Part shown: positions 10,167 through 21,468 of the stretch, piece after piece | How the letters are laid out: each line of letters opens with the position of its first letter | Position numbering within the stretch: position 1 is the first letter of the stretch | Origin: Blastocatellia bacterium | GTDB lineage: Bacteria; Acidobacteriota; Blastocatellia; UBA7656 | DNA: 64,000 nucleotides | Direction: 5' to 3' | NCBI GenBank assembly: GCA_963765495.1 | Contig: CAVXWP010000008.1 | Coordinates: forward strand, 192,001 to 256,000 | Position numbers and translations under genes: made by a program | The notes under the pieces: model-generated | Told to the model about the DNA's origin: nothing | Databases searched by the model: none | What the model saw: the letters and a program-made list of their open reading frames with translations, nothing else

Positions 10167-11975
10167 ATGAAATCGAACATTGATCGGATCAAAAGCCTTG
10201 CCGATACGCTGGCTGCATTGCTTGCGCAGGAACAGCATTCCACTCAATCTCTGATTTCATCACTTACGGGATCATTAAGAGCATTGCAAGGCAACACGGC
10301 AGACCGGCGATTCAATCGGCTGCTTGCGCAATTGAAGGTGCTTGCCGAGCGTCTGGACCTGCTGACAGAGATGGCTGCGCGCGACTTTCTGTCGAAGATC
10401 ACATCCGAAGCAGATGAGCTTGCGCGCGTTGCAGCCGATAGCCGTCTCTCTCTCGTGATCATGCAGATCATCTCTCAGCCGAAACATTCTCTGAGTCTCT
10501 TTTGCGAAACTCTGCTTGACGCCTTGATTAAAGTCACACAAACGGAACGCGGGTTCGTGCTTTTCTACCTGCCGGAATCTACGGAGGCGGAGATAGTCGC
10601 CGCTCGCAATTTCCAGACTACGAACCTCTCGCTGAAAGAGTACAACTTCAGCCGGACCTTACTCAGGGAGATGCTCGACCGAGGAGATGCGCTGTTGCTC
10701 GAAGACGCAAGCTCCAACCCTCTCTACTCGAAAGAGGAAAGCGTAGTCAGGCTCGGACTGAAATCGGTTCTGGCCGTTCCTCTGAAGCAGAACGAAAGGA
10801 CGCTTGCGGTGCTCTATCTTGAGAACAACTCGCACCCCTGCGCCTTCACCGATGAAGACAGACGGCTTCTTGAAATGGTGGCCGCCTTTGCTGTCTCTTA
10901 TCTCGATCAGGCGAGGCTCTTGCCCATAGCCCTGGCCGAAGAGACAAGCGTTTTCTTTGACGCAGAGAAAGCCTCAAGAGAGATCATCGGTCGGGATCCC
11001 AAGATTCTGTCGCTGCTTGAAATCATAAACCGGCTCGCCGATTCACCGGCAACCGTGTTGATAGAAGGCGAATCAGGGACGGGCAAAGAACTCATCGCGC
11101 GCGCCTTGCATTATCAAAGCAGCAGGCGCGACCATCCCTTCGTGGCTCTAAACTGCGCGGCCATCCCCGACACATTGCTCGAATCCGAATTGTTCGGCCA
11201 CGAAAAGGGGGCCTTTACCGGGGCCCTGGAACGTTACATAGGCCGCATAGAACAGGGCGACGGAGGGACTATCTTTTTTGATGAGGTGAGCGAGCTTGCT
11301 TATCCACTTCAGGCCAAGCTGCTGCGCTTCCTGCAATCGAACGAATTTGACCGGCTGGGCGGCAAGCAAACCCTCAAAGTGGATGTGCGAGTCGTAGCCG
11401 CCACAAGCAAGGATCTGAAGGCGATGACCGATGCGGGTCAATTTCAACAGGCGCTCTACTATCGGCTGAACGTCATCCCAGTCCGTGTGCCCGCGCTTCG
11501 AGAGCGCAAACAGGATATCCCCCTGCTGATTGATTATGTGCTCGAAAAGTTTTCCACCGTCTACGGAAAATGCATAAGAGTCGAGCGTGATGTTTACGAG
11601 GTGTTGAAAGAGTACGCCTTCCCCGGCAATGTGCGCGAGCTTGAAAACCTAGTGCAGCGGCTAATAGCGCTCGCAGGCGGAGATGTCATCTCCGTCAATG
11701 ATCTGCCCGGAGAGGTGCTTCATATCCAGACGCAGCGAATCAATCTCGAAAAGGAGCCGTTGTATCGTCTGCTGGAGACTCAACCTGCTTCGCTTGACGA
11801 ATTGCGAAAGCGCAAATCGGAACTCAATCGCATCCTCGCCGCGCAAGAACGACAACTGGTCGAACGAGTGATCGAGGAAACGGGCGGCAACCTTACCGAA
11901 GCAGCCACCCGTCTTGGCATGCATCGCGTCACGCTTCACAAGAGACTGAAGCGCACGCGCAAGAAGAGCGATTGA
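10167..11975 (+). CDS. GAF-domain sigma-54-dependent transcriptional activator (bEBP, Fis-type HTH)
   Basis: [35 protein letters not shown] and C-terminal HTH ([15 protein letters not shown]). The N-terminal part is a helical segment plus GAF; there is no receiver domain. Confidence 0.93.
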   Translation: MKSNIDRIKSLADTLAALLAQEQHSTQSLISSLTGSLRALQGNTADRRFNRLLAQLKVLAERLDLLTEMAARDFLSKITSEADELARVAADSRLSLVIMQIISQPKHSLSLFCETLLDALIKVTQTERGFVLFYLPESTEAEIVAARNFQTTNLSLKEYNFSRTLLREMLDRGDALLLEDASSNPLYSKEESVVRLGLKSVLAVPLKQNERTLAVLYLENNSHPCAFTDEDRRLLEMVAAFAVSYLDQARLLPIALAEETSVFFDAEKASREIIGRDPKILSLLEIINRLADSPATVLIEGESGTGKELIARALHYQSSRRDHPFVALNCAAIPDTLLESELFGHEKGAFTGALERYIGRIEQGDGGTIFFDEVSELAYPLQAKLLRFLQSNEFDRLGGKQTLKVDVRVVAATSKDLKAMTDAGQFQQALYYRLNVIPVRVPALRERKQDIPLLIDYVLEKFSTVYGKCIRVERDVYEVLKEYAFPGNVRELENLVQRLIALAGGDVISVNDLPGEVLHIQTQRINLEKEPLYRLLETQPASLDELRKRKSELNRILAAQERQLVERVIEETGGNLTEAATRLGMHRVTLHKRLKRTRKKSD

Positions 11976-11976
11976 T

Positions 11977-12109
11977 TGTAGCCCTTTTGGCTACACACAC
12001 AATTCATGCCTCGGGCCTCGGGATCGTCAATCAACGAGGTGGATCTCTTCTAATAATTAAGCTTCCTTCGAAATCGCGCTGGTTTTGCATTGTAGCTCAT
12101 ACGGCTACA
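11977..12109. promoter_or_regulatory. Two TGTAGC-N7-GCTACA palindromes, candidate enhancer (UAS) sites
   Basis: TGTAGCCCTTTTGGCTACA at 11977-11995 and TGTAGCTCATACGGCTACA at 12091-12109. Confidence 0.7.
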
Positions 12110-12195
12110 ACGAAAATCCTTCGCCGTACTTCATTCAAACAGGCAAATGTTTTAGACGGGAGAGATAACCTCTTTTGCCGGTTTGCGTCCGCACT

Positions 12196-12212
12196 TCGGC
12201 ACGACCTGTGCT
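12196..12212 (+). promoter_or_regulatory. Sigma-54 (-24/-12) promoter
   Basis: TCGGCACGACCTGTGCT: GG(12198)-N10-GC(12210), close to TGGCACG-N4-TTGC. Confidence 0.75.
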
Positions 12213-12387
12213 GTTCATTTTCTGTCTTTACGATCTCTTGGGGTTTGATCGGCATATCGGTCAATTGCAAAATCGAAAACTGCCTTAAGGCCGTCAACAA
12301 ACTGACTGATTACCTGGCTTGAAATGCTCAATAGGTCATAAAAAAAACACTCGAATTGTTTACCCGGCCCTGGGTCCAGGAGGCATA

Positions 12388-15300
12388 ATGAGAAACAGAT
12401 TTGTCGTCTTCGTATCATTGCTGGGATTGTCATTGGTAATTACCTCATCAATTGAAACCATCCGGGACCTTGCCTCTGCTTCGACCAGCAGAGAGCCGTC
12501 TCCATCCGGCGAGCATGTTCAAGGAACGAGCACAACAGCTACATCGGGGGGCGGAAGCGGAAAAAGAATCCTTACCGTCACCCTGAATGTCTCGAATACA
12601 GATGACAGCGGGCCGGGGTCGCTCAGAGACGCGATTGATCAGGCCAACAGTGATGGCGTATTCTCGGTCATTACATTCGATCCCTTGCTTGCCGGTCAGA
12701 GCATTCAACTGCAATCGCCACTGCCCGCCCTGAGCGAGGGCGGCACCACTATCGACGGTGATGTCAACGATGATTGCATACCCGACATAGAACTTAATGG
12801 CCAGCTTGTCAACGATAGCGCCATAAAACTCCTTTCAAACGACAATCTGATTTGCGGCCTCATCATCAATCGTTTTGGGCGAGCCGGGGTTATGATCTCA
12901 GGCGGGCACAACAATCAACTCGAATGCAATTACATCGGAACCGATGCCACGGCTACGCAGAACCTGGGCAATCGAGGTGGCATTGGCATCGGAAACGGTT
13001 CCTCGGACAATCAGGCGGGGCCGGGCAACATCATCGCCTTCAACCTGGGCACCGGAGTTGAGATCGCTGACGGAGCAAACTTTGCTTATCCGACTTTCAC
13101 AGGGCTCACACCCGATTACACGGGGATGTTTCCTGCAATCAGCTTTCCGGCTACGGGAGGAGCGTTCCGCAGCACAGACGGCATCACGCCGATAGACGGA
13201 AACGGGCATCCGTTTGCCGACGAGTTCGGGGCGCGTTTCACGGGCACTCTGAATGTAGGAGCGACGGGAAGCTATACCTTCGCCGTCAGCGTGGACGATC
13301 AGGCGCGACTGCTTGTGGATGGATCGCTTGTGGCTAGTTTCAACATCCCGACAGAGACTCAGGTAACGGTCGGTCTCAGCATCGGAGATCACACGATAGA
13401 GCTCGATTATTTCGACGGGCCTGGAATAGCACGGTTGAGTCTTGCGATCACAGGGCCGGGGTCTGTCGGACTGACAAATGGAGGAAATCCCGGCCTGTTT
13501 GGAGAGTTCTTCCAGTTGCGTATACCGAGCGAGCGAAATCGGATCACACAGAACTCGATCTTTCAGAATGAGTCGCTAGGGATAAATCTGGACGCGCTGG
13601 AAGACGAGACCGGCGTAAACCCAAACGACCCCGGAGACGACGACATCGGGCCGAACACGGCATTGAATTTTCCAGAGATCAACTTTGTCACAGACAACGG
13701 CGACGGCACGTTTACGCTCAACGGTACAGCGCCGCCGAGTTCAACCGTAGAGATATTTGCGACGACTGATGATGATCCTTCGCATCATGGAGAAGGGAAG
13801 AGTTATTTGACAACGGTGACGGCCAATGTGGGAGGGGGAAACTTTTCTGTAACGGTGACAGCGCCTCCTGGGTTTACAGCGGTGACGGCGACGGCCACCG
13901 ACGCGGATGGGAATACATCCGAGTTTTCGCGCAACAAGACGCTTGCGCAGAGCAGATGGAATCCGACCTTTATCTTCTCGAACCTTCCCGACATTTCAGG
14001 GCCGACAGGGTATGTGGCGGGCGACCTCGACGGCGACGGCGATCTGGACCTCATTGCCGCAGGTCACGGAAACAACAGCCCGTGCAGACTGCTTGTCTTA
14101 AAGCAGAACGCCGCAGGCAACTATGACGGAATAAGCCAGGAGCCGATGGGGACAGACGAAGGTCTGTGCAACGGAAGGGAGGCGCTCGCCCTGGGAGATG
14201 TGGATGCGGATGGCGACCTTGATTTCGTCGCGCAGGGCATCGACAACAGCTCGACGCCGAGGCTGATACTGTTTCTCAATGACGGCTCGGGGACATTTAT
14301 GCAGCAGCCCGATATCTTCGGCCCCGGTCTTTTTCAGGGCACAGTTGCCTTCGGAGATGTGGACAATGACGGCGATCTCGATCTTGCGGCAACCGGTCAG
14401 GACTCAGGCGGCACAGAGCGATTCCTGATCTTCAACAATAACGGGACGGGCGCGTTCACCCTGACGCAGGAGCCCAGAGGCGCGGGCAACGGCTACTTTC
14501 ACGGATCATCTTTAGTGTTCGGCGATCTGGACAATGATGGCGATCTGGACATCGTTGTGAGCGGTGGAGGCAACAATGGTAAGAGTCTGCATACTTACAA
14601 GAACAACGCCGGACAGTTCAATCTCGATCAACAACTGATCGTCGAGACCGAAGGGTTGAATAACAGCCTCTTGCGTCTGGCCGATCTGGATAAAGACGGC
14701 GACCTGGACCTTATTGCAGCGGGAAATAATTATGACGGGGTAAGCGAGAGAGCCCGGCTGGTGACGTTTCAGAATCAGGGACAGAGTTTTTCGACCGGCT
14801 TCACGCCTTTACAAGGATTGCCGATAACCGGGGGCTGGGCGGGGCTTGCCGTAGGAGATTGCAACGGCGACGGCTTTCCAGACGTGTTTGCCAACGGGCA
14901 CGACGGGTTCAACTTCCGGCTCTTCTACTTTGAAGGCCAGCCGGGAGGGCTTGTAGAAGCCGACCAGCCGGAAGTGACTTTTGTCGGGCCGGTGATATTC
15001 GGTGATTTCGACGGAGATAATGATCTTGACATGGTGGGCCTCCCGGTCCGCTTTCTCTACACAAACCTTCTCGGCCCGGCCAATTCGGCACCTGGAACTC
15101 CTTCCGGCCTTTTTGCCAGTGTCGAAGGCTCAAGCGCGAGCCTCACGTGGGCTTCGGCTTTCGACGCGGAAAGCGGTTCGCCTTCGCTCAGTTATGAACT
15201 GAGACTGGGGACCGCACCGGGGCAGTACGACGTGATCTCAGGAGTGTACGGCGCACCGCTTATGGGGACCTATCCGCTCGGACGGCTGGCTCCGATGCAG

Positions 15301-18300
15301 CCGGGGCGCAGGTTGAGTCTTGGGGCGGGCACATACTACTGGCAGGTGCGAGCAATAGACACAGGCTTGCGCGCGGGCGATTGGAGCGCGGAATCTTCAT
15401 TCGCCTTGCAGCCCTCGATCACGATCAATGATGTGACGGTGATCGAAGGAGACGCGGGAACCGTGCAGGCAGACTTCATCGTGACGCTTCTAAACCCGGC
15501 GGGGACAGCCACCGTAGATTACTCTACAACGAACGGCACGGCCACTGCCGGAAGCGATTACACGGCTGCCGCCGGGACTCTTACGCTATCGGCAGCCACC
15601 CCGGCTCAGACGGTCAGCATAACGGTCAACGGCGACACCACAGGCGAGGCTAACGAAAGATTCTTCGTCAATCTGAGCAACCCGTCGGGGGCGATCATAA
15701 GCGACAGCCAGGGCCAGTGCATCATCAATAATGATGATCCCGCCCCTGCAATTTCTATCAATGATGCGGCAGCGCCCGAAGGCAATTCAGGGACTCGGAA
15801 CTTGCTGTTCACCATGAGCATGTCCGGCGCAACCCATCAGGATGTCACGGTGGATTACAATCTGGTTGATCAATCGGCCACGGCAGGTAGCGATTACGTT
15901 GCTGATTCGGGAACCATAAGGCTGTTTGCCGGAGAGACTACTCACACGCTCGCCGTGACTATAAACGGAGATATAAGCGTAGAGGGAGACGAGACTTTCA
16001 GAGTAGACCTGAGCAATGCCACAAACGCCGCGCTTGCAGACGCGCAGGGCACAGGAACCATAATCGATGATGAAGGCGTAACGGAGCCTTCGCTTGCGAC
16101 GACCTGGAATCTGGCGCAGGAGGGGATGACCGACAGCTTTGGAGCGGCTACCGACGGCTCTGTTTACGTCCTTGGGGGAAGCTTTGGAGGCATATGGACT
16201 TCACCAGACGGAATCAACTGGACGAAGCGAATAAATCCCGACACTACATCGAAACCCATTCGCGCGGTGACTTACGGCGGCGGGCAGTTTGTGGCCGTAG
16301 GCCCCGGTCCGGTTGCCGACGGAGGCAGTCTTGTGCTGACATCGCCCGACGGAATCGACTGGACGCGGAGAAGCACCGCTCCCCTCAATCGAAGTCTGTT
16401 TGGTGTGGCCTACGGGAACGAGTTGTATGTGGCGACCTCAGGTGGCGTGGTCCTTACCTCCCCTGACGCGATCACATGGACGCAAAGGCAAACGGGTGCT
16501 AACCAGAGACTCAACGCAATAACCTTCGGCGGCGGCCAGTTCGTCGCTGTCGGAAATAGCAGGACCGTAGTCACTTCACCCGACGGAATCAATTGGACCG
16601 TGCGGGGAGGCATTCCGACCGGGGTCGTGGCGATGTTGAACTCCGTCACCCACGACGGGAGCCGGTTCATCGTGGTAAGCTCGGACCCGTCCAATGCGCC
16701 TGATTCCGGAGCAGGGATCATAACTTCGCCCGACGGCATCAACTGGACTCAACAGAGCGTGCCTGTGAACCAGCCGCTTCAAGGGGTCACGGCGGCAAAC
16801 GGCCTGATTGTGGCGGTGGGTAATGCCGGGATGAGCGGCAGTACCATCCTCACTTCTACAGACGGCATCAACTGGACAAGTCGGGCGATTGCCGATCCGG
16901 GGGCGGGAGTCGCGCGCTCTTTCAGGGCAGTCACATACGGCCCGGCAGGATTCCTTACGGCGGACGGGCGCGGAAATATCTTTACCTCGCCCGATGGTAC
17001 GACTGCCTGGGTCAGCCGGACGCTTCCCACTTCGCGCAACTTCTTTGGTGTGGCTCAAAACGGGAACGTCTACTGCGCGGTAGGTGGCAACGGCGTCGCC
17101 GCCACATCACCCGACGGCGTTACCTGGACACAGCAAATCACACCGGACTCCGCAGCTTATTACTTCTGGTGGTCGGTGACATACGGAAACGGATTGTTTG
17201 TGGCATCGGGCATATCCGACTCGATAATGACTTCGCCCGACGGCATAAGCTGGACTGTGAGGAATCCTACTACACCGCTGATTCCGTTTGGGAATCAGAC
17301 ATCGAACCTTACAGACATCACGTATGCCAATGGGATGTTCGTGGCTGTAGGCGAAGCCTATATCTCGCCAGGCCAGACAATCGCGCACTTCATCACATCG
17401 CCCGACGGCATCACATGGACGACACACGATCCGGGGATTACGGCGGGCGGCAGCATAGGCTTTAGCTGGATTTCAGTCACATACGGCAACGGAAAATATG
17501 TTGCGACCCTCACGGATGGTCTCACAGGCGAGTTCTACGTCCTGACTTCGACCGACGCTCAGAACTGGACCAGACAGCCGTCGCCGCTCTTCGATCCATT
17601 CGAGGCCTTTGTGGATGTAGTTTATACAGGCGGGCAATTCGTCGCCGTAGGAGACCGCATATGGACATCACCGGACGGGATCAACTGGACGTTGCGACTC
17701 GACTATATAAACGCCTTCTTTAACAGCGTGGCCAATGGCGGTGGACGCCTCATTGCGGTGGGCGCACAGGGAACAATCTATGGCTCGGCTGACGGCGTCA
17801 ACTGGTCGGCGCAAACCGGCGCAACCGTCAGCACTCAGAACGCGGTCACCGCAAGCCTCAGCGGCGATCAGTTCGTATCGGTCGGCCAGTCGGCCATAGA
17901 ATACGCAGGGTTTTCAGTCCCCGCAGTCTCGATCAACGACATCACGGTGGCGGAAGGCGATTCGGGAATATCGAACGCCACCTTTACGCTCACACTCTCT
18001 TCTGCGAGCAATCAGGCCGTGACGGTTGACTACTCGACTGCCGACGGGACCGCAACTGCCGGAAGCGATTATGTCGCAAGCGCGGGACAGATTACTTTCG
18101 CCCCGAATCAAACGGCGCAGACGCTTTCGATCACGATAAACGGTGATACGGTGAGCGAACCGCTTGAGACATTTTTTGTAAACCTGACGGGAGCTGCCAA
18201 CGCGCTGATTGCCGACAGCCAGGGCACCTGCACCATAGTCAACGATGATGCTACACCGTCGCTTTCGATAAGCGATGCCACTATTCTTGAAGGCAACAGC

Positions 18301-21300
18301 GGAAATGTAAACGCTCGCTTCACCGTGACGCTCTTGCCCGCCTCAAACGATACTGTGACGGTCAATTTCACTACCGCCGACGGCACGGCTGCATCTGGAA
18401 GCGACTATGGTTCGCAATCCGGGACACTGATCTTTCAGCCGAATGATACGAGCAAAACAATTTTCGTTCCGGTTAACGGCGATACGATTGTTGAGCCGGA
18501 TGAGAATTTCTTCGTCGATCTGTCGGGCGAGATGAACGCGATTCTAAAAGACGATCAGGGGGAAGGCGTGATCATCAACGATGACGGCGGCCCCATTGTG
18601 AGCACTACCATCTTTACTCCGCCGAACATCTCAAACAATCTGGGGACGGACTTTGAGGTAGCAATTGTCGAAAGCACGGGGCTCGCCTATGTAGGAGCGC
18701 CCGGCGCATACGGTTCTGAGATAGGTGTCATTCATCCGACTTCAAATGCGGTTCTGACCGTGATTCCCATCTCTTCACCAAATAGCTTCCGCTACTCGCG
18801 CGTCAATCAGGTTACGGGGCTGGTGTACTTCAGCGGCGGAGGGCAGAACCAGAACAACATAGTCGTGATAGACGGGCGGCCTTCAAGCGCGACCTTCAAC
18901 AAGGAGCTTTCTCCGCTCATCTTTCCATCCGAGGTCCAGTCATTTGCAATAGACGAGGTTCACGCCCGGCTCTATGTTACAAGCGTCAATCTTCAGGTCC
19001 AGCCGTTTCAATCGCGAGTCACGATAATTGATGCCAATCCGGCAAGCGCGACCTTCCATCAGCCTCTCGGTGAAGTGCTGTTCCCTGTTGGCGCGCGCGT
19101 GCGCGGGGTCGCGGTCAATAGTCTTACCAACAAAGTCTATCTTGCTGTGACAAACACTTCGCCGGGCGTTTACGTCATGGACGGAACGGGCAGCGGCCTG
19201 ACCGTAATCGCAGGCAGCACCCCGACCTTCGGCGTAGAAGTCAACGAAAGCTCGAACCTCGTCTACGCGACGGCTGTCGGCAATAACCTCAACGCCATTG
19301 ACGGAGCGACCAACACATTACTTGCAAACATCCCGATGCCTGCGCTGATCACAGGAACCCGCTCGTTCGACGAGAAGATAGCCATCCACATCGGGACGGG
19401 AAGGGTCTATGTGCAGAGTCAGGATATAGTCTCAACCGGCAAGGTCGTGGTAGTTGACGGCGACCGCGCAAGTCCCAACTTCAACACGGTCGTTGCGACG
19501 ATTGATGTGGGCAGGGCAATAAACGCGGGCGACATTCTTGTGGACGAAGCCTTGAACAGGGTTGTCTCCACAAGCTTTATAGATTTCAAGACCTCGATTA
19601 TAGACGCAACGACCAACACGGTGGTTTCGAGCATCCCTTCCACGCAAGCGCCGTCCGGGGCGGCTCTGAATCGGATCACACACCGCCTGTTCATAGCCAA
19701 TCAACCAAACTTCGTGCAGAAGGTAGACCTCAATACCGCAGCACTTGAAGCGACGGTTGTGACCGCAGCCGCAGCCGAGATAGGGGCGGTCAATCCCAAT
19801 ACGCATCTCTACTATGTTGGGCGCACGACCGATACGGCAACCGTGCAGGTATTTGATAAGAGCGGCGAAGTCGGAGGAGTCGCGGGGCTTCCTCACGGCG
19901 CGGGTGAGTATGCATTTGCGGTTTGCAATGCGTACACGAATCGGATTTATGTCTTGAACAACCTGTCGAATTTAGATGGGAATGGTTTTACTTATCCGTC
20001 GTTTGTTTCTGTCATTGACGGCACTACGAGCGGGGTGATTGCCAACGTAAATGCAGGCAATCAACCGAGAGGGATGGCCATCAATCAAGCCACTAACAAG
20101 ATCTATGTGACCAATGCCCCGACATTCCAGGGGAATCAGGAAATCCCCGGAGGCATTACCGTAATAGATGGGGCCACCAACACGGCGACCTCTGCCGACC
20201 TGAGCGCATTTCCCGGCGCGTTCTCGATTGAAGAGATAGCCGTCAACGAGGCTACGAACAAAGCTTACGTGCAGATATTGTACGATGATGAAAACATCAC
20301 GCTTGGAGTGCTCGACGGCGCAACCAATATCGTTACCCCTCTAAATGTAGGAGCAGGCGAGGTCGTGGCGATAAGGGTAAACAAAGCCCTCAACCGCATC
20401 TATCTTGTCGGGTTTGACGGTACGATGCACATTCTGGACGGAGCGACTGACACCGAGATTGCCACGCTGAATGTTACTTCGGGGAGCGTGCCGAGGGATG
20501 TGGTTATAAGCGAAGCCACAGGCCGGGTCTTTGTAGCCGATTTCGACAGCGATGCATTGACAGTTATCAACGGCGCTACAAACTCGATCATAACCACGCT
20601 CACGGTGGGCGATGGCCCCGTGGCGATTGCGGTGGATGAACTGACCAACCGCGTCTATGTGAGCAGCGTAAATGACAAAGCCCTCTTCTGCATCAACGGA
20701 GATACCCTGACGGTCGAGTCCACGCTGTCGCTACCGCTTCGGGCAGCACATCTGACTGTTGATTCTCAAGATGGCCGCCTCTACGCATCTACTCTAAACG
20801 GGGCCGAGTTGAGCGGAGTTGTCATCGTTGATATTTGCTCTTACACGATCTCTCCGGCGAGCCTTGCCTTCTCGAAAAAAGGCGGGAGCGGCGCGGTATC
20901 AGTGTCGGCTCAGGCAGGTTGCACCTGGACGGTCAGCGGTAATCCTGACTGGATAACAATCACTTCTCCAGTCCCCGGCAGCGGCAACGGCATCCTCACT
21001 TATGTGGTCAGAGGAAATCTGAGCGGACCTCCTCGCGCAGCCACATTGATCATTGCCGGACAACCTCACACGATAGTGCAGGACGGCAAAACGGAACCCG
21101 GTTGTACCTATTCATTCTCTCCATCGGGCGCGACGTTTTCAGCAAGTGGAGGGGCGGGCAGCATAAATGTGGCGACCGGAACAGGATGTAGCTGGTCGGC
21201 TGTCAGCCTTGATTCGTGGATCACGATCACATCCGGGCCGACAGGCTCGGGCGACGGCACGGTCAATTACGCCGTTGATGCGAACACTGCGGGAGGATCG

Positions 21301-21354
21301 CGCAAGGGCCAGATCATCATTAACGGGAAGGCCTTCAAGGTCAAGCAAAAGTAG
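12388..21354 (+). CDS. Giant secreted multidomain protein (~2988 aa): beta-helix/PA14, FG-GAP, FnIII, four Calx-beta, SPDG-repeat propeller, YVTN-type propeller, two BACON-like domains
   Basis: AGGAGG RBS and signal peptide; NTDDSGPGSLRDAI; GDLDGDGDLD repeats; SINDVTV.EGD..ATAGSDY; TSPDGINW repeats; AVN..TN.IYV repeats; terminal CSY.ISP..CTW..SWITI. Confidence 0.88.
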   Translation: MRNRFVVFVSLLGLSLVITSSIETIRDLASASTSREPSPSGEHVQGTSTTATSGGGSGKRILTVTLNVSNTDDSGPGSLRDAIDQANSDGVFSVITFDPLLAGQSIQLQSPLPALSEGGTTIDGDVNDDCIPDIELNGQLVNDSAIKLLSNDNLICGLIINRFGRAGVMISGGHNNQLECNYIGTDATATQNLGNRGGIGIGNGSSDNQAGPGNIIAFNLGTGVEIADGANFAYPTFTGLTPDYTGMFPAISFPATGGAFRSTDGITPIDGNGHPFADEFGARFTGTLNVGATGSYTFAVSVDDQARLLVDGSLVASFNIPTETQVTVGLSIGDHTIELDYFDGPGIARLSLAITGPGSVGLTNGGNPGLFGEFFQLRIPSERNRITQNSIFQNESLGINLDALEDETGVNPNDPGDDDIGPNTALNFPEINFVTDNGDGTFTLNGTAPPSSTVEIFATTDDDPSHHGEGKSYLTTVTANVGGGNFSVTVTAPPGFTAVTATATDADGNTSEFSRNKTLAQSRWNPTFIFSNLPDISGPTGYVAGDLDGDGDLDLIAAGHGNNSPCRLLVLKQNAAGNYDGISQEPMGTDEGLCNGREALALGDVDADGDLDFVAQGIDNSSTPRLILFLNDGSGTFMQQPDIFGPGLFQGTVAFGDVDNDGDLDLAATGQDSGGTERFLIFNNNGTGAFTLTQEPRGAGNGYFHGSSLVFGDLDNDGDLDIVVSGGGNNGKSLHTYKNNAGQFNLDQQLIVETEGLNNSLLRLADLDKDGDLDLIAAGNNYDGVSERARLVTFQNQGQSFSTGFTPLQGLPITGGWAGLAVGDCNGDGFPDVFANGHDGFNFRLFYFEGQPGGLVEADQPEVTFVGPVIFGDFDGDNDLDMVGLPVRFLYTNLLGPANSAPGTPSGLFASVEGSSASLTWASAFDAESGSPSLSYELRLGTAPGQYDVISGVYGAPLMGTYPLGRLAPMQPGRRLSLGAGTYYWQVRAIDTGLRAGDWSAESSFALQPSITINDVTVIEGDAGTVQADFIVTLLNPAGTATVDYSTTNGTATAGSDYTAAAGTLTLSAATPAQTVSITVNGDTTGEANERFFVNLSNPSGAIISDSQGQCIINNDDPAPAISINDAAAPEGNSGTRNLLFTMSMSGATHQDVTVDYNLVDQSATAGSDYVADSGTIRLFAGETTHTLAVTINGDISVEGDETFRVDLSNATNAALADAQGTGTIIDDEGVTEPSLATTWNLAQEGMTDSFGAATDGSVYVLGGSFGGIWTSPDGINWTKRINPDTTSKPIRAVTYGGGQFVAVGPGPVADGGSLVLTSPDGIDWTRRSTAPLNRSLFGVAYGNELYVATSGGVVLTSPDAITWTQRQTGANQRLNAITFGGGQFVAVGNSRTVVTSPDGINWTVRGGIPTGVVAMLNSVTHDGSRFIVVSSDPSNAPDSGAGIITSPDGINWTQQSVPVNQPLQGVTAANGLIVAVGNAGMSGSTILTSTDGINWTSRAIADPGAGVARSFRAVTYGPAGFLTADGRGNIFTSPDGTTAWVSRTLPTSRNFFGVAQNGNVYCAVGGNGVAATSPDGVTWTQQITPDSAAYYFWWSVTYGNGLFVASGISDSIMTSPDGISWTVRNPTTPLIPFGNQTSNLTDITYANGMFVAVGEAYISPGQTIAHFITSPDGITWTTHDPGITAGGSIGFSWISVTYGNGKYVATLTDGLTGEFYVLTSTDAQNWTRQPSPLFDPFEAFVDVVYTGGQFVAVGDRIWTSPDGINWTLRLDYINAFFNSVANGGGRLIAVGAQGTIYGSADGVNWSAQTGATVSTQNAVTASLSGDQFVSVGQSAIEYAGFSVPAVSINDITVAEGDSGISNATFTLTLSSASNQAVTVDYSTADGTATAGSDYVASAGQITFAPNQTAQTLSITINGDTVSEPLETFFVNLTGAANALIADSQGTCTIVNDDATPSLSISDATILEGNSGNVNARFTVTLLPASNDTVTVNFTTADGTAASGSDYGSQSGTLIFQPNDTSKTIFVPVNGDTIVEPDENFFVDLSGEMNAILKDDQGEGVIINDDGGPIVSTTIFTPPNISNNLGTDFEVAIVESTGLAYVGAPGAYGSEIGVIHPTSNAVLTVIPISSPNSFRYSRVNQVTGLVYFSGGGQNQNNIVVIDGRPSSATFNKELSPLIFPSEVQSFAIDEVHARLYVTSVNLQVQPFQSRVTIIDANPASATFHQPLGEVLFPVGARVRGVAVNSLTNKVYLAVTNTSPGVYVMDGTGSGLTVIAGSTPTFGVEVNESSNLVYATAVGNNLNAIDGATNTLLANIPMPALITGTRSFDEKIAIHIGTGRVYVQSQDIVSTGKVVVVDGDRASPNFNTVVATIDVGRAINAGDILVDEALNRVVSTSFIDFKTSIIDATTNTVVSSIPSTQAPSGAALNRITHRLFIANQPNFVQKVDLNTAALEATVVTAAAAEIGAVNPNTHLYYVGRTTDTATVQVFDKSGEVGGVAGLPHGAGEYAFAVCNAYTNRIYVLNNLSNLDGNGFTYPSFVSVIDGTTSGVIANVNAGNQPRGMAINQATNKIYVTNAPTFQGNQEIPGGITVIDGATNTATSADLSAFPGAFSIEEIAVNEATNKAYVQILYDDENITLGVLDGATNIVTPLNVGAGEVVAIRVNKALNRIYLVGFDGTMHILDGATDTEIATLNVTSGSVPRDVVISEATGRVFVADFDSDALTVINGATNSIITTLTVGDGPVAIAVDELTNRVYVSSVNDKALFCINGDTLTVESTLSLPLRAAHLTVDSQDGRLYASTLNGAELSGVVIVDICSYTISPASLAFSKKGGSGAVSVSAQAGCTWTVSGNPDWITITSPVPGSGNGILTYVVRGNLSGPPRAATLIIAGQPHTIVQDGKTEPGCTYSFSPSGATFSASGGAGSINVATGTGCSWSAVSLDSWITITSGPTGSGDGTVNYAVDANTAGGSRKGQIIINGKAFKVKQK

Positions 21355-21363
21355 TGAACAATG

Positions 21364-21447
21364 AGGGCCGTTGCAAAGATAAAGGGGCAGGCCGCCCCGG
21401 ATCGCGTTTTGCGCGATGAGAATCACTGGTTACTTTGCAACGGCCCT
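21364..21447. repeat. 15-bp perfect inverted repeat between convergent genes (MITE-like or bidirectional terminator)
   Basis: AGGGCCGTTGCAAAG ... CTTTGCAACGGCCCT. Confidence 0.7.
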
Positions 21448-21468
21448 GATTGATTAGTATCGGTCAGA

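Noticed and set aside
16190-17810. Recurring TCGCCCGACGGCATC repeats
   Set aside because: These are coding TSPDGI.W propeller repeats within the giant ORF.
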